This document shows, piece after piece, positions 28,635-42,485 of a DNA stretch of 64,000 bases (positions are counted from its first letter, which is position 1; each line of letters starts with the position of its first letter). The translations under genes were made by a program, and so were the position numbers. Source of the stretch: Eledone cirrhosa (Eukaryota); contig OZ024745.1 in the NCBI GenBank assembly GCA_964016885.1, forward strand, positions 55,614,001 to 55,678,000, in the 5' to 3' direction. The notes under the pieces are model-generated. The model searched no databases. It had not been told where the DNA came from and was given only the letters and a program-made list of their open reading frames with translations.

Positions 28635-31600
28635 ATGGCTGTACTCAGAATAGGCAGTATAAATGCACGTGGCCTGGGGTCATCTTGGAAGCAGGGTCAC
28701 CTGCTCAATGACCTCAGGTCACTAAACATAGATGTGGTAGCCATCAGTGAAACCAGTTTCTCCGAAGCACCGGCCTTCGCACCGATCTTCGGCGGCTACG
28801 ATGTATACGCATCTCCCAGCCGTCCAGGATCGGGGGGAGGAGTTGCCGTCCTTTTTCGGAGAGGCTTGGATCTCGCGATACGGGCCATCTTTCTGGACCC
28901 GGAAGGTAAGTCCGTGGTGCTCGACGTGACCGGCAGCGAAGCCAATGCTTTCAGGCTAGTAGCCGTCTACGCCTCAACAGGGGCAGGACGGCCAGATTTC
29001 TCAGACGTCTAGAGACCTTTCTTGGAGCGTCCCGCTTTTTAGTGTTAGTGGGCGACTGGAACGGTATCTTGGATGCACGCTGGGAACGTGTGGGGCTAGT
29101 GGAGAGGGGAGGAGGGTGCAAGAGCCTCACCAACCTGCTCAGACGTTTTGAACTGTCTGACTGGTATCGACTGGATCACCCGAATGTGCCAATGTGGACA
29201 TGGACAAACCGCATCGGGTCATCCAGATCGTATCTCGATAGGGTATTCCGCAGAGAACTAGATAAGGCTAGTATAAGTTGTCCACAATTTAAATAGTCGA
29301 CTACACGGACCACAAATTTGTGATCTGTGCGATCGACATAGACAGACTTCATAGAAAAGGGCCTGTTACTGCAAGCTGAACGCGTCTTTTCCGGCGCGCA
29401 AGGCCTACAGAGACCGGATTAGCTTATTAGTTAAGCGGGCGTTGACGGGAGCGGTCGTCAACAACAGGTGGTGGTTCGCCCTGAAAAAGGCAATTAAAGT
29501 AGAGTCGATTAGGTTTAACAAAGGAATAGTGATAGAGGAAAATAGAGTAGAGGGATAGCTAGTCCGAAAGCTAGAAGAGGCGTTTAGGACAGGCATCGCA
29601 ACCGACGTGCTTGCGACGAGATTGGCACTCGACCAATTCTTCAACGCAAGACACGAAGGCTGCGTTGTCAGAGCTAGAGCGCGTGCTCTGAAACACGAGG
29701 GGACAAAAGCCGTCCAATGGGCCCGGGTGGCAGAGGTGCAACATGGCAACAAAGCCACAATTCGGTCTTTGTCTGACCAAAACGGGTGCCTGATGCTCGA
29801 ACCTGAGCGCATGTGTGAAGCTTTTCAGCTTACTTTGCCGAACTGTTCGGGAGCTGCGGCGGCCCAGATCGGGGCATGGACTTCAGTGCATACCTAGACG
29901 AAGTGCCTCGGCTCTCGACGACCGCAGCACAGTGTTGCGAAAAGCCAATAACAGCCGGTGAAATACGGGAAGCGATGGCTAACTGCACAAGGGGTAAATA
30001 GCCATGTTTAGATGGTTTGCCCTACGAGTTTTATGCATTTATGCCAGACTTGTTCGGTGACCTCTTGGCAGACGTCTACTGCAACTGGCAGCAGAAGGGG
30101 AGCATTCCCAATTTTGTGAGCAGGGGAGCAGTGGAGCTGCTGAGAAAACACCCGAACAAGGGGGATGTTATCGATAATTTCAGGCCCATAACGCTGCTAA
30201 ACGCAGTGTTCAAGATTTTAGCCAAGGTGTTAGCAACGAGGTTGGCGCTTGTCGTCAAGGCTCTGGTGGGAGAGGCGCAGACATGCGCCATTTCGGACAG
30301 ATCCATACACGACAACCTCCATCTCATGCGATACATTATAGAGAGGGTGGTTAAGGAACCTGGCAAGGGTGGGGCCCTGATCAACTTGGATCAATCTAAA
30401 GCATTCGATAGGCTCGACCATCGGTACCTGGCGGCGGTCCTCGAGGCAGCCGGTTTCGTGCCCGTTTTCAGTGGTTGGATCGCAGCAATGTCCAGCGACA
30501 TCTGCTCAGTTGTGAGGGTGAACGTTCACCTGTCGCAGCCTTTCAGCATCAACGCGCTCAGTCCGCCAGGGTTGTCCCCTCTCGTCCCTCTTGTACGTAT
30601 TGGCTCTCGAGCCGTTACTGCACAAACTGAAGGCGACGAGGGGCGTCCCACGCGTACTAGGTTGTGGTAAATCCGAGTCCGCTTACGCTGTCGACGTCAA
30701 CTTGGTGGTGTCGAGCACCAGACACGTGCAGATGATCGGCACCTCTCTCAAGGAATACGAAGCTGTGACAGGAGCAAAGATAAACCAGGAAAAGTCGGTG
30801 GGCTTGCAGCTCGGCACTTGGAGAGGCAAGTCCATGCCGTCCGACAGCGTCGTGGGGCGTTGGACGGACGGACCGATAAATTGCTCGGGGTCTGGTTCGG
30901 ACCGGACCTCCAGATGGAGTAAAACTGGAACGAGATGACGAGCAGGATGGCCTCCCTCACCCAGAAATAAGCTGAGATGAAGCTGTCCCTGAAAGGCCGG
31001 GCGGAAGTGGCGAATGCGTACATCGCATCCGTCATCTGCTACCGCCTCACCGTCGTCCCTTGCTCCAGCCCAACTCTCACCAAAATGGAGCGCCTCCTCT
31101 TCCGCTTTTTGTGGAAGGGACGCGCTCCCATGGTCATACTATCCATCTGCTGTCAACACCCGTTGCGTGGAGGACTAGGCATGCCATGGCTGATGATGCG
31201 CAACCATGCGCTGAGGCTGCGACATCTCTGGTGTTACCTTGATGGTGAACGGGTGTGGTCCCCGTTCGCCAGGCACCTGTTCCCACAGCTCGTCTCCTTG
31301 ACGGAGCTGCAGTCCTGGGTCAGAAAAAGACCGAGGGATAGCGCTTGGAAACTGGAATGTCTCCAGGCGCTCACTGCCCTCTCCCAGTTGGGCACCAGTA
31401 TCGGTGGAACATCCACCTCGGCGTTCTATAGAGGACTAGTGGAGGGGAAGAGCGACGACATTCTCGGAGAGATCCTGGGCGTCGAAGAAGATCAGCTGTT
31501 TGCTCTGTTCCGGAGAACTTTCAGCCCGGGGCCTATGGATAACTTCCAAAAATCCCTGGCCTGGCAGTGCTACCGGGGAGCGCTGCCGGTTCGAGATAAG

Positions 31601-32045
31601 CTCTATAGACACGGAAGTCCCGTCAACCAAGCCTGTCCGAGATGCGCGCAGAGCGACGAAACCATTGCACGCACTCGTTCAGTGCCCGAGCATTGCTGAC
31701 TTGCGGGGATATGTCGAACAGTTGCTGTCACGTGTGGGACTGATGCGGTTGTCGACTGAGTCCATTGTGCAGATGATCTCGCCGTCTTCCTTCGAAGAGG
31801 AAGGGCAGGTGGTTTTCATCTGCCTGGTGGCCATGGCGAAAGAGATTGTGTGGACAAGGTTAAAAGGGTTAAAGACAAACACCTTCCTCTTCGGCGAATC
31901 CCTGATTAACTTTTTCAAGTTTCACTTGAAGAGGAAAATCAGGGTGGAGAGGCAAGTGCTGCTTTCTAGCAAGTTTTTTGAAAGGTGGGTGAATGTAGCG
32001 AGAATGGTCTGAGTGAACGGGACCACTCTGAATATACGTCTGTAG
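28635..32045 (+). pseudogene. Tx1 ORF2 (APE endonuclease, reverse transcriptase, zf-RVT) with many stops and frameshifts
   Basis: SINARGL, ISET, VGDWN, SYLDR, NFRPITLLN, LDQSKAFDR, mutated YAVD in place of YADD, CPRC. Confidence 0.92.
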
Positions 32046-32349
32046 TTTCAGAGATGGAAACATTTAGAGAGGGCGCTTGCCCTGGTGGTCAGGGAGGCCG
32101 TGGTCTCTTGTGTGGTTTTCGCCACGAGTAACCCTCGGAGGTTTCTCCTCTATTGGGGAATTTTTCATTGTTTCAATTTTCATTTTTATTGTTTATATAT
32201 GTTTTATGTCCTTTTTTTTTCTTTTCTTATATAAATAATAAAAACATTTACACGCACAAAACCCACATCGTACCGTCCTGTGCCGTCTGTAATGTTTTTC
32301 TTGATTTCAGCCGTTGTGGCCAATAAATAAATCATTATTATTATTATCA

Positions 32350-32420
<71 letters not shown>

Positions 32421-32421
<1 letters not shown>

Positions 32422-33140
32422 CTGGGACGATCGTATGGCAGAGCCCTCAAGCATACCTCCGATCACAAGAACTGCCAATAATTCATCCGGCTGTATCTGC
32501 AAGCGAGACCAGTTGAGCTCATGTTTTTCAACCATCTACTTCGGGTTCTACTACTGGGTCATTTCTTGATTTGTTTTACCCGTAAAATATGTACAATGAT
32601 ACTTTCCTAAGATATTCTAACCGCTTGTACATAATATCAGAGCTGTGATCATTCAATTCGGATTAGTAGCGGCTCTACCTGGAGCAACTCTGATTTTCGC
32701 GTCCGCACTTTATCAAGTAACATTATTCCGAACATACTTTCTGTCACTTGTATTGCCGATCGTATTCTTTCAGTCATTACTGAATGTTCACTGAGCATAC
32801 AGAAGGATTAGCACGAAACCTGAACTGAAGATAGCGGTTTTGACTTTTCCATCTACCTCCCTTATTTTGATGAACGGAAAGAACGCTGAAGCAGGTGCCT
32901 AATTGCACTAGATCCTGAAATTCTTGCATTTAAGTCTACTTCCTGTTTTACATCATTCATGAACCGACTTTGCGATAATAATATTCTCAACCTGCTTCAG
33001 TGGAACACCATTCACATAAAGAGTGCCCCTTGCAGGCGTCCTTACGAGGACGAGAGTCTCATTGTTCGCACCACGGATCTTAATTCCTCGCGGCACCCCT
33101 ACTGGATGTAAAGTAGGCATTACGATATTAGACCTTACCA
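32421..33140 (-). mobile_element. Old RTE LINE 3' remnant ending in an (AAT)n tail
   Basis: VNGVPLKQVE..., ERIRSAIQ..., DKVR...LQVEPLLIRIE*SQL..., RTRSRWL are typical RTE post-RT motifs. The tail is the (ATT)n tract at 32334-32420. Confidence 0.8.
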
Positions 33141-33169
33141 TATTACATTTCTTTAAGCGATCTTGTGAT

Positions 33170-33900
33170 CTCTACCTTCTTCGAGAGGTTACTAATTGCT
33201 CCAAGATGCACATCGTATACATGAAATGAGGTTGTTGGGATTTCAGAAAAACATTCTCAACACCTCGTGAGAATGCACCTCTATGAAGCGAGAAGTACCC
33301 GACAAGTTCCTGTTTGCAGGTTTGGAGGGGGATATCTTATTGCGAAGTTGGCGGTTGGTCTGTGAAAACATTTTATTTGATATCGGTTTCCAGCTTAATC
33401 AGACATTATCTAATTGAACGTTTCATGTTAGCAAGCACTTTATCCTTGTACGCTACTCAATCTCCGGCAATCTCCATTCGGATTCGCTGAGCCTGTTTTC
33501 GAAGTCATTCCAATATATATTTGTAGAAGATCCGATTAACTGTCAGGCCAGGAGTTAAAGTTATTTGTGAACAACACCATCATTTTCACCCTCGATTTGC
33601 TCATGCCTGCTTTCTTCAGACGTTTTGTCTATTGACCGTACGTTCATTTCTTGAAATTGGCGCGATTTCGAGTTTTTGTAGCAAGTCCTGACAAATAACA
33701 AACGGTTCGCTTTTTTCTCCACAATTCGTTTGGAAAAGCAATCCCGGCAAAAAAATTAACAGAATCTTGAAGCAGAGCGAGCGGTGTAAACGAAAGAACG
33801 TCGATTAAAATTTAGGAAGATTGCAGAAGAAATGGGTTTACCTAAAATTGCAGTTCACTGAAATTTAAGATACCATTTATATATGTGGCACATACGAAAA
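33170..33900 (-). mobile_element. Decayed mariner transposase remnant with an inverted N-terminal piece
   Basis: Minus strand: KKAGMSKSRVKMM and PGLTVNRIFYKYILE*LRK...D. Plus strand 33790-33900: RRLKFRKIAEEMGLPKIAVH*NLRYHL (HTH region). Confidence 0.7.
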
Positions 33901-34221
33901 TCAATATTCTTACGTTGAAGACAAAACTCTTATCAATCAACGATTGTTTTCATTTAGGAGACGCTCACCGAATGTTTATCTGTTTGTAGCAGCATATTCA
34001 TACCTGTAATGTGAGTAATATTGAGTAATGCGTCTAACTAAGGCATGTAGATGTGCGATTGTTGGAGTATGTAAACATGTTTGACATAAAGCAGAAGGCA
34101 GATCACTGATCACTGTGATGCAGTCAATAATTTAATTTCTTTCCTTGTTGTTGACTGTAGACACTCGGCAAGTTACTATACACGTTTGGCAATAACAGAA
34201 TTATGAGACAGAGTATATATA

Positions 34222-34342
<121 letters not shown>

Positions 34343-34491
34343 TATTGAAGTGTCCGTTGAAAGATTCATATGAGTGAAGAGTGCTCTATGTAAATTGCCT
34401 TGTCTGACGAACGAATGTGGACGTTTCTTGTATTCGTCTTATTCGGGAAACCTCTAGTAATGAGGTAATTATATTGTATTGTTTATTATAC

Positions 34492-34524
<33 letters not shown>

Positions 34525-35072
34525 CGAGAGAAGTGGGGTAAGGAACCAGCTGGACCGTAACGCACCAGAGTATACTCGATACTATGGGTAGTAGAGTGGG
34601 TAATAGCAAAAGAGTCAGGACTCCGATGGCTGAGCTCCGGCCCTTTCCACATAGTTCAGAATTATATATATAATTGTGTATTCAGCAACATTTGTCTTTA
34701 CAAAATTGTGTCCTTGCATGATCTCATATCGGAGTGGTTACATAAATGTTGCTTTGGATTATTATTTTAGCAATGAATTTAAATCAACCTAGCTTGGTAT
34801 TTACACGTAGTTGCATTGTTATATTTTTCTCATTAGCGGGTAAAGATTTCATCAAGGCAAAATATTTACAACGCTGTAGGCTCTATGTTTTGTCTTTCTC
34901 TCGTCAGGTGACGTCACATCCAATTAGATATAAAACTAAATGTTGAAAGAGTAACCAGTGTGTAAATCACAACTTCGAGTGTGTGCATATATATAAATAT
35001 ATATTCACATATATGTATAAGTTTATATATACACACACGTGCATGCATACATACACATATAAACACTTTCAT

Positions 35073-35103
<31 letters not shown>

Positions 35104-35261
35104 AACATATTTCCATATATACATTTATTATTGAGTGCAATATTACCACGAAAAAGTACTTGACAGTTCCCAAAAATTGATTGATCTATGGATATTGCTC
35201 AAAGTATAAATTATGTAGTGAAGGAGAATTCTTCTTGACTACTGTATATATATATATATGC

Positions 35262-35321
<60 letters not shown>

Positions 35322-38074
35322 TCGTAGGATAATGGGCAAAACTCAACGCATGGAAGCAAAATTCCATTTACGACAGCGTCTGCTAAAATATACATGAACA
35401 GATATAAATGCGCAGCTAGAAGTTTGTAGGCTCGCAGAAGTGATAGGAAGAACGGTGAAAATAAATAACATGGACGAGTGGAGATCACACAAGCATTTAA
35501 ATGCGCTCATCAGCTTTTAAATTGCCTGTGGTTTCAAATATTAATCTAAAAGTATAACGTAAGATAGACAGCTCGTATAAACGAGAAGAAGAAGAAGAAG
35601 AAGAAGAAGAAGAAGAAGAAGAAGAAGAAGAAGAAGAAGAAGAAGAAGAAGAAGAAGAAGAAGAAGAAGAAGAAGAAGAAGAAGAAGAAGAATCGAAGTT
35701 CCCCATAAGCATGAGTTTGCACCTATGTTGAAATTTAGAGATAGTAATTACCTCCCTGATGAAGCTTCCTAGTTCTAAATATATTTTGGTGCAGACTAAA
35801 ATATTACATGTTTTTTGCCAATGTAATTATTTATCCACTATATTTGAAATGTCAACAACTGCCAAAGTGAAATAAAATAAAAAATTGGAGGTATACCAAC
35901 GAGCCTTATATTTGGTAGCTATGCTGACAAATGTTGACATGTTTCGAACATTTCAGACCTCTTCATTGATGTATACTTAACACATATCTACCAAATATTC
36001 TTCACGCTGAGCGGACGCTTAAAGTATTTTTCAAACATCTGCCAAGTATTCTGGAATACAAGGGTTACTGAAATGATTTATTTCCTTGATACTAATTATA
36101 TAGTTGTGTGTGAGAAAGTAATTACCTCAAAACCATAGGAACGACGAACACACGGCAATCTACATATAATACTTTGTCTTTATCAAATGTTTCGTTCCAA
36201 ATGTACAGATCGCTTTACGATAATTTATGTTATCGATTCAAACAGTTACTCATAGGATTTGGTACACGCTATTTTGTAGTTATATATAAAAACACATATA
36301 TGTCTCTGACAGTAAGTATAGAAAACAAACTTTTGATACTCTTCGTGGACATGGTATGTGAGTGTGCATTGCTATTCAGTCCCATAGCAAGTTGTCTTCG
36401 TGTCACCACTTATATGTATCCAGCATGTATATTGAAATAACGTACTCACCTTTATTTATATGTCATTTGTGAACACTCCCATTCAGGTACTGAAACAAAT
36501 ACGCAGAAATATGTTCTGTTCATACATCACTTTCCCCCTGTCTCTCTTTCGAAACAAGGTAAAATAGAAAACGCTCACATTTATAGGAATATCATCTTCA
36601 CCATTCCTCGAGGTTCCTATTGGGTCTCTTGATAATCAATACTAAAAGTGAAATATACTGAAATTATTATATATTTTCAAGTAATGTCATCTCCGTTTCT
36701 TGATACTTTCCTCAACCTCAGTCCTCTGTTTCTTCACTTGGTTTTGTTATAAACCCCATCTGCGTGTTACCTGTTTTAAATATATATAATTCGATTTTTT
36801 TATTTAGTTTATTTTATTTTTATATATTTTTAGGTCCTGGCCTTATATTTTCCGTTTCCCCTCATTCTTCTCTCTTTCACACTTTGTGTGATAAACAGAC
36901 ACCATCTTTGTTTGAAGAATATACGTATTAGCGCTGTCATGAAACCCCATCGAAGTATCAAACGATTCATCTGGATCAAATTTGGTTAGTCCATGTGAAT
37001 GTGTTATGAAACAGGACAACAATTTGGGCATGCCAAAAGGACTTCGAATTCCTTGTCGTTATCTTAATTTACCACGATGGACTCAAAAGCCACGATATAT
37101 TTGTAGTTTGATAGTGTATTTGCAAATATGGCGTTGCATAATCACCAGAGAAGTGTTCTGTAGTGTATGGTCGTTAGATCTAATAAATATGGTCGTATTG
37201 ATGCTGAAACGTTACATATGACAGTGATGTTGGAATTAATGGGGGCGAGGGGAATTCAGGTACGTAATTAGAGTGCAGAGCTTCCTAAGGCTACACCTGC
37301 TATTAAAGGACTAGAGCTGTAGATTTTGAAAAATAGTGTAGAAGTGGCTATGACGAAAATGTCGATGGTTGATCCTTTGGAGATGAAAATTGGAGGGAGA
37401 GAAGGTGCGGTTGCGGGTAAATGTATGAGCCGACCTGCTGGAAATTGGACATCAAACCTTTCATGAACTGTAGCTGTAAAATTAGAAGCGGCCCCATATT
37501 GAATGGGTATAAGGTCATTTAAGTTGTCCCAAGTGGTAACAGTAGGCCAAATATCTTCTTGCAGTATGACTAGTTTCATTCTACCCATCTTATATATGTG
37601 AATGTGTGTGTGTATGTGCGTTAGGGTGTGTGTGTGTTTATATATACACACACACAGATATATATATATATATATGTGTGTATATAATATATATGCATAT
37701 ATAAATATCTATATACATGTATGTACTAGCATGTGTATGCATATGCAAATTTAAGTGAAAATATTTGGTACAAAGGTAATAAACTGTATTTCAAAATTGT
37801 TTAGGCACACATTTATACGAACAAAAAGAACATACAACCCTAACTATCTTTACATATGGTGTTTTCTGTGTACAACTCCTTAGATGAAAAAAACACATAT
37901 AGGATTATACGAATATACGTATATATGTATGTATCAATGTACGTATGTATGTATTTATGTACATGTGTTTATATATATATGACCTCACTCAAATATGCAC
38001 ATGTGCTGAATATAGAGTGTAGTGAAGCTTACATATATTTACGAATAAAATGCATATATATATATGAATATATA

Positions 38075-38152
<78 letters not shown>

Positions 38153-38549
38153 CAGAGAGAGAGAGAGGGGAGGAAGAGAGAGAGATAGTGGGGAAGAAAA
38201 CGGGTCACAGACAGACCGTAAACACACAGTGAGTGAATAGGAGAGACGGTTATACAGAAATGTATTGAATAACTAGCTGTTCTACGTATCTAATAAAATA
38301 TTTCTCATGATTATAAAATTGCCTCCCGATACGTGAGAAGAAATTCCAACGAGATTCGTTAGTGTCGCCAATAAACAATGTTTCTTTGGAATGATACGAT
38401 ATATGCTTAGACATAATATTCTTGCTGGTTTACTCTCCTCATCAACATTATTATCATGCTTGCTAAACTACACTATTCTAGACTGCTTGACTGCCATCCT
38501 AGACAGCGATAGTTGGTATTACACGCTGACTAAGCTAAGTCCAGCAGTT

Positions 38550-38648
<99 letters not shown>

Positions 38649-38777
38649 CATCATGGATAGCAACAATATTCATATATTTCAAAAATCGTTAACGTAACTG
38701 GGAACACTGTGTGTGGCAATGAATACAGTAATACAAAGATTAATGTTTCTAGTAAAATAGGTGACAACAATATGCCC

Positions 38778-38897
<120 letters not shown>

Positions 38898-38947
38898 TTT
38901 GTTTATATATATATATAAGATCAAAAGATGGTTAAAAGAGTTTCAAG

Positions 38948-39014
38948 TATTTTATTATGCGCATTTCAAAAACAAATATCATGAGATGATATGTGTGTTT
39001 TCATCAGTAAAATA
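38948..39014 (-). ncRNA. Hammerhead motif in the 3' pLTR
   Basis: Reverse complement: TATTTTA-CTGATGA-AAAC...GTTTTT-GAAA-TGCGCA-TA-ATAAAAATA. Core intact; stem I has lost one T. Confidence 0.7.
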
Positions 39015-39834
39015 GGGATACATGATATGAAGGTTAAAAAACACTTGTGAATAGTGAAGTTTTAAATCAACATATGACAAATAATTTAAGATTGATGTGT
39101 GATATTGGGAAAAAGAGGGTGGGGTGGAAAGGGTGAGAAAGAGGAGGAGATGAGAGTAGAGAATGGTGGGGGAGGAGTATGAGAAGGAAGGATGAGAGAG
39201 GAGGAGAGATGGGTGATAGAGAGAGAGAGATAGCCTTTACAACTGAGAAAAATATATATTATCTCACAGATAGAAGTTAAAAAGCCGTTGGAAGATAATA
39301 GATAATTTAAAAGAATTTACGAAATATTTTCTAATGGTAATAATATAATATAATAAAGGAGATTAGTTAGGGTTTGTTTTTATGTATTGTAATATGTAAT
39401 ATGTAAAAGTCAGACGAGCATGAAAGGAAGAAAAATATAAGGAACTAAGGAGGAAAAATCTAACGTCAAAAAAGTTTATGTTTACGAAGGATTATTAATG
39501 TATTTAAAAGGTAATAATAATTTTTATGGCCAATGATATGAAGAAAGAAGGAAGAGTGGATATGTTGTGGTGAGTAATAATAAGAATTGAGAAGTAGTTA
39601 GGAAGAAAAGTACAGATTAGGGGTTAGAAATTAAAAAGAAAAAAGAAGAAAGAAAAGAGGAAGAAAGGAAAGTGATAAAGAGGAATGATATAGAATGAGT
39701 AACTAGTAGTATATAATGTATAATAAATAATACTGAAATAAGGTAGAAAGATAGGTATATTTTAGGTATATTTTAAAGAAATATATATATAAGCCTTTGA
39801 GAAAAAGGATTTTAAACTAGTAAAGTATTAGATA

Positions 39835-42211
39835 TTAGCTGTATACTTTATGGAATGTTCTGTGGAAGCAGAGGGAAAATAAATCAGGGCGTCTATTTAT
39901 TATAGAATCTAAATTAGATATAATGGTAAATTTCTCAGATAAACAAAGATTACACGTTCTGGATAGGGAGGCATTCGAGTAGGGAGAGGCAGAACAAACT
40001 TTCCTCCGTGTTATTGTTAATATTTTTGTCTTTAAAGGACCGTATGAGTTCTGAGAGTGCCGTGTTAGTTCTTTTAATTTGGTATTTAAAAGAAGAATTG
40101 TGATTATAAAATCTCACTTTGAAGGAGGTGGAAGTGGAACCGAAATAGGTAAAGTAATTAGTATCAGTTATAACTTTACATTCATAGACTAAGTTTGTTT
40201 CAAGACAATGGTTATTGAGAGGACAACTAGTTTTAACAGGGCAATTACAATTGCGATTAGAGAGATCAATAGAGTTATTAACAAGTGACCTTTTTTTATT
40301 TATAGGAGGAATTGGATTGGAGAAGTTATTTACGATAGGAATAATAGTTTCCTGATTTAGATTGGTATTATGAACAATCGACGAAGTTACGTTTAACGTC
40401 GTATTTGAGTTTGCAGAATTTAGCCTAGAGTTAACAATGACGTCGGGTGTACTACTATGACATTCAGTGTTGGAAGGATGTGATTTAGTATTTAATATTT
40501 TATTGTGGTGTTTAGAGATAATGATGGAGTAGTTGGAGGAGGTGGAATAGGAAAATGTTATTGTATGTTTGTTAAATATTTTACTATAGATATGTGAGGG
40601 AGGGAAGCATTTATCTAAGGCCCTAGAGAATAATTTAGGAATATTATTATTAATAGAAATAGAGAAAGGAGCATTATACCAGATTATATTTTTGTATCTA
40701 GGTCTTTTATTTAAGTTATTGGAATGATCATAATTAATTATTTTACTGTAAGATCTTCTAGGATTGGTTTCTTTACTGTATTTAATTTTATCAGGATAAC
40801 CGGCTTTAGAAAGCGCATTATTATAGTAATTGGCGTTAGCATCACATATATTTTTTATTAGATGATAGGTTTGATATCCTTTTTCCAATATTACTAACTA
40901 TAACATTTTTAATGTTAGTGGGGTGGTTAGATTTAAAATTAACATAATTTACATTCTCATTGTTTTTATGGTAAGGGTAATGTAGGCCAGTGTCAAGATT
41001 AAGGGATATATCCAAGACGTTAGCTAGTTTGACGTTGTTATCAAATTCAATGTTTAGGTATGTTGGTTAAAGAGATCACGTATGTTGTTCTTAATAATAT
41101 TAAGGTTAACTAAATTGCAATTTAAGATAGTAAAAAGTCCATCGTCACGATAAATTCCACCGCGAAGTTGAGGAATTTTCCGATTTAAAGAATTCAAAAT
41201 AAAGATACCAATCAAATCAGTCAATTGCGATGAATCGGAAGCACCCATTGTGATATCAAAGTTGTTGGAGGTATCAACTCTAGTCCAGTATGCATTGTTG
41301 AATTCAGATGGTTTTTCTTGCGGTGAGAATGATGTGAAGTTCATCTGTGGTGATGTCAGAATATTTAAAAGCGAAAGATAGAGCATTGTTGAGAAGTGAA
41401 GGCGAAATAGAAGAATAGTAGCTGGCAATATCAAATTGAATAAATGTTTGTTTGTTTTTCTTATTCAGGTTGTTGAACCAGCCAATTACTTTAGGTGTAC
41501 CAAACCATAAATTTAAGTTAGAAATAGAGCAATTAGAACGAACCTATGGGATAGTTCTATCCAAGATGGCTTTACTAACAACCCCCAGATCTGATTTAGA
41601 GGGGGCGATTAGTCTAACAGGTAGTTCCGTTCGAAAATTGATTTTATGATCATTGAGATTTATCCTCGGAGTTCTTGGGAGGAATGGTTCGGTCTTTTTT
41701 CAATGACAAGTTTTGACATAATCTGAGAAGCTTCAAAGTTTATGGATTCCAAATGTTCATGGTTAGTTTTACGATATTTCTTCCTTAGTTCTTTAAGGAT
41801 AAGGTTATTATCCCTAGATATACCATATAAATTATTTGTTTTGTCGGAGTGGACTAAAACATTTTTAGAGGAATTAAGGTTTAAAATCGTATTCCTGAGA
41901 TTTACAAGGTGCTCTTGTCCTCTGTAAGGGTTTCTCTTGAATTTAATATTTTTTATAATATTAGTTAATTCTTCCTCGAATTGCACTAGGTTTTTGTTGG
42001 AAGGAGGATTCATTCTAGAGTTAAATAAATGATCAAGAAAGTTATGTTCCTTAGTATAGACATTTCCTTTTAGGCGCTGGTCATAGAAAAAAGATATCCA
42101 TCTAAGCCTGCTCATAAAGGAGTCAGTTTTTTCAATCAGAAGTTTGGTGAATTCAGATTTACCAGGTATAGGAATGTCTTTAGTTGAAGTGGTTATATTG
42201 TAATAATCCAT
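39835..42211 (-). pseudogene. Penelope-like polyprotein, frameshifted; Cys-rich linker type (Neptune/Nematis-like, clade unverified)
   Basis: SDKTNNLY, FDITMGASDS, GGIYRDDGL, IIWYNAPFS, CNCPVKTSCPLNNHC, VYECKV...YFGST...FKVRFYNH (GIY-YIG), CNLCLSEK, NRR...CFH. Confidence 0.9.
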
Positions 42212-42414
42212 GTTGTATAAGAAAAATGAAAGACCATCAAAAGGTATCCGATATGAGGGTTAGCGCTCAACCGTTATGGAGCAATTTAATGTAGGAGGTG
42301 AGTTTTATTGTAGTACAATAAAGCAATGCAAATATCGGATAAGTAGCACTCTACAGTTTGTAGGACTGGAGTATAAATAATATAAGACCAAAAGATGGTT
42401 AAAAGAGTTCCATG

Positions 42415-42485
42415 TATTTTATTATGCGCATTTCAAAAACAAATAGTATCATGAGATGATATCTGCGTTTTCATTAGATATAATA
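42415..42485 (-). ncRNA. Hammerhead motif in the 5' pLTR (CTAATGA core variant)
   Basis: TATTATAT-CTAATGA-AAAC...GTTTTT-GAAA-TGCGCA-TA-ATAAAATA. Confidence 0.6.

Larger units (their letters stand above)
26306..32333 (+). mobile_element. Tx1-clade (L1 group) non-LTR retrotransposon, near full length, disrupted (copy 1)
   Basis: 5' UTR, ORF1 with a CCHC knuckle, ORF2 with APE, RT and zf-RVT domains. The 3' UTR ends GTGGCCAATAAATAAATC followed by (ATT)n, and a degenerate (TTA)n lies upstream. Confidence 0.92.
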
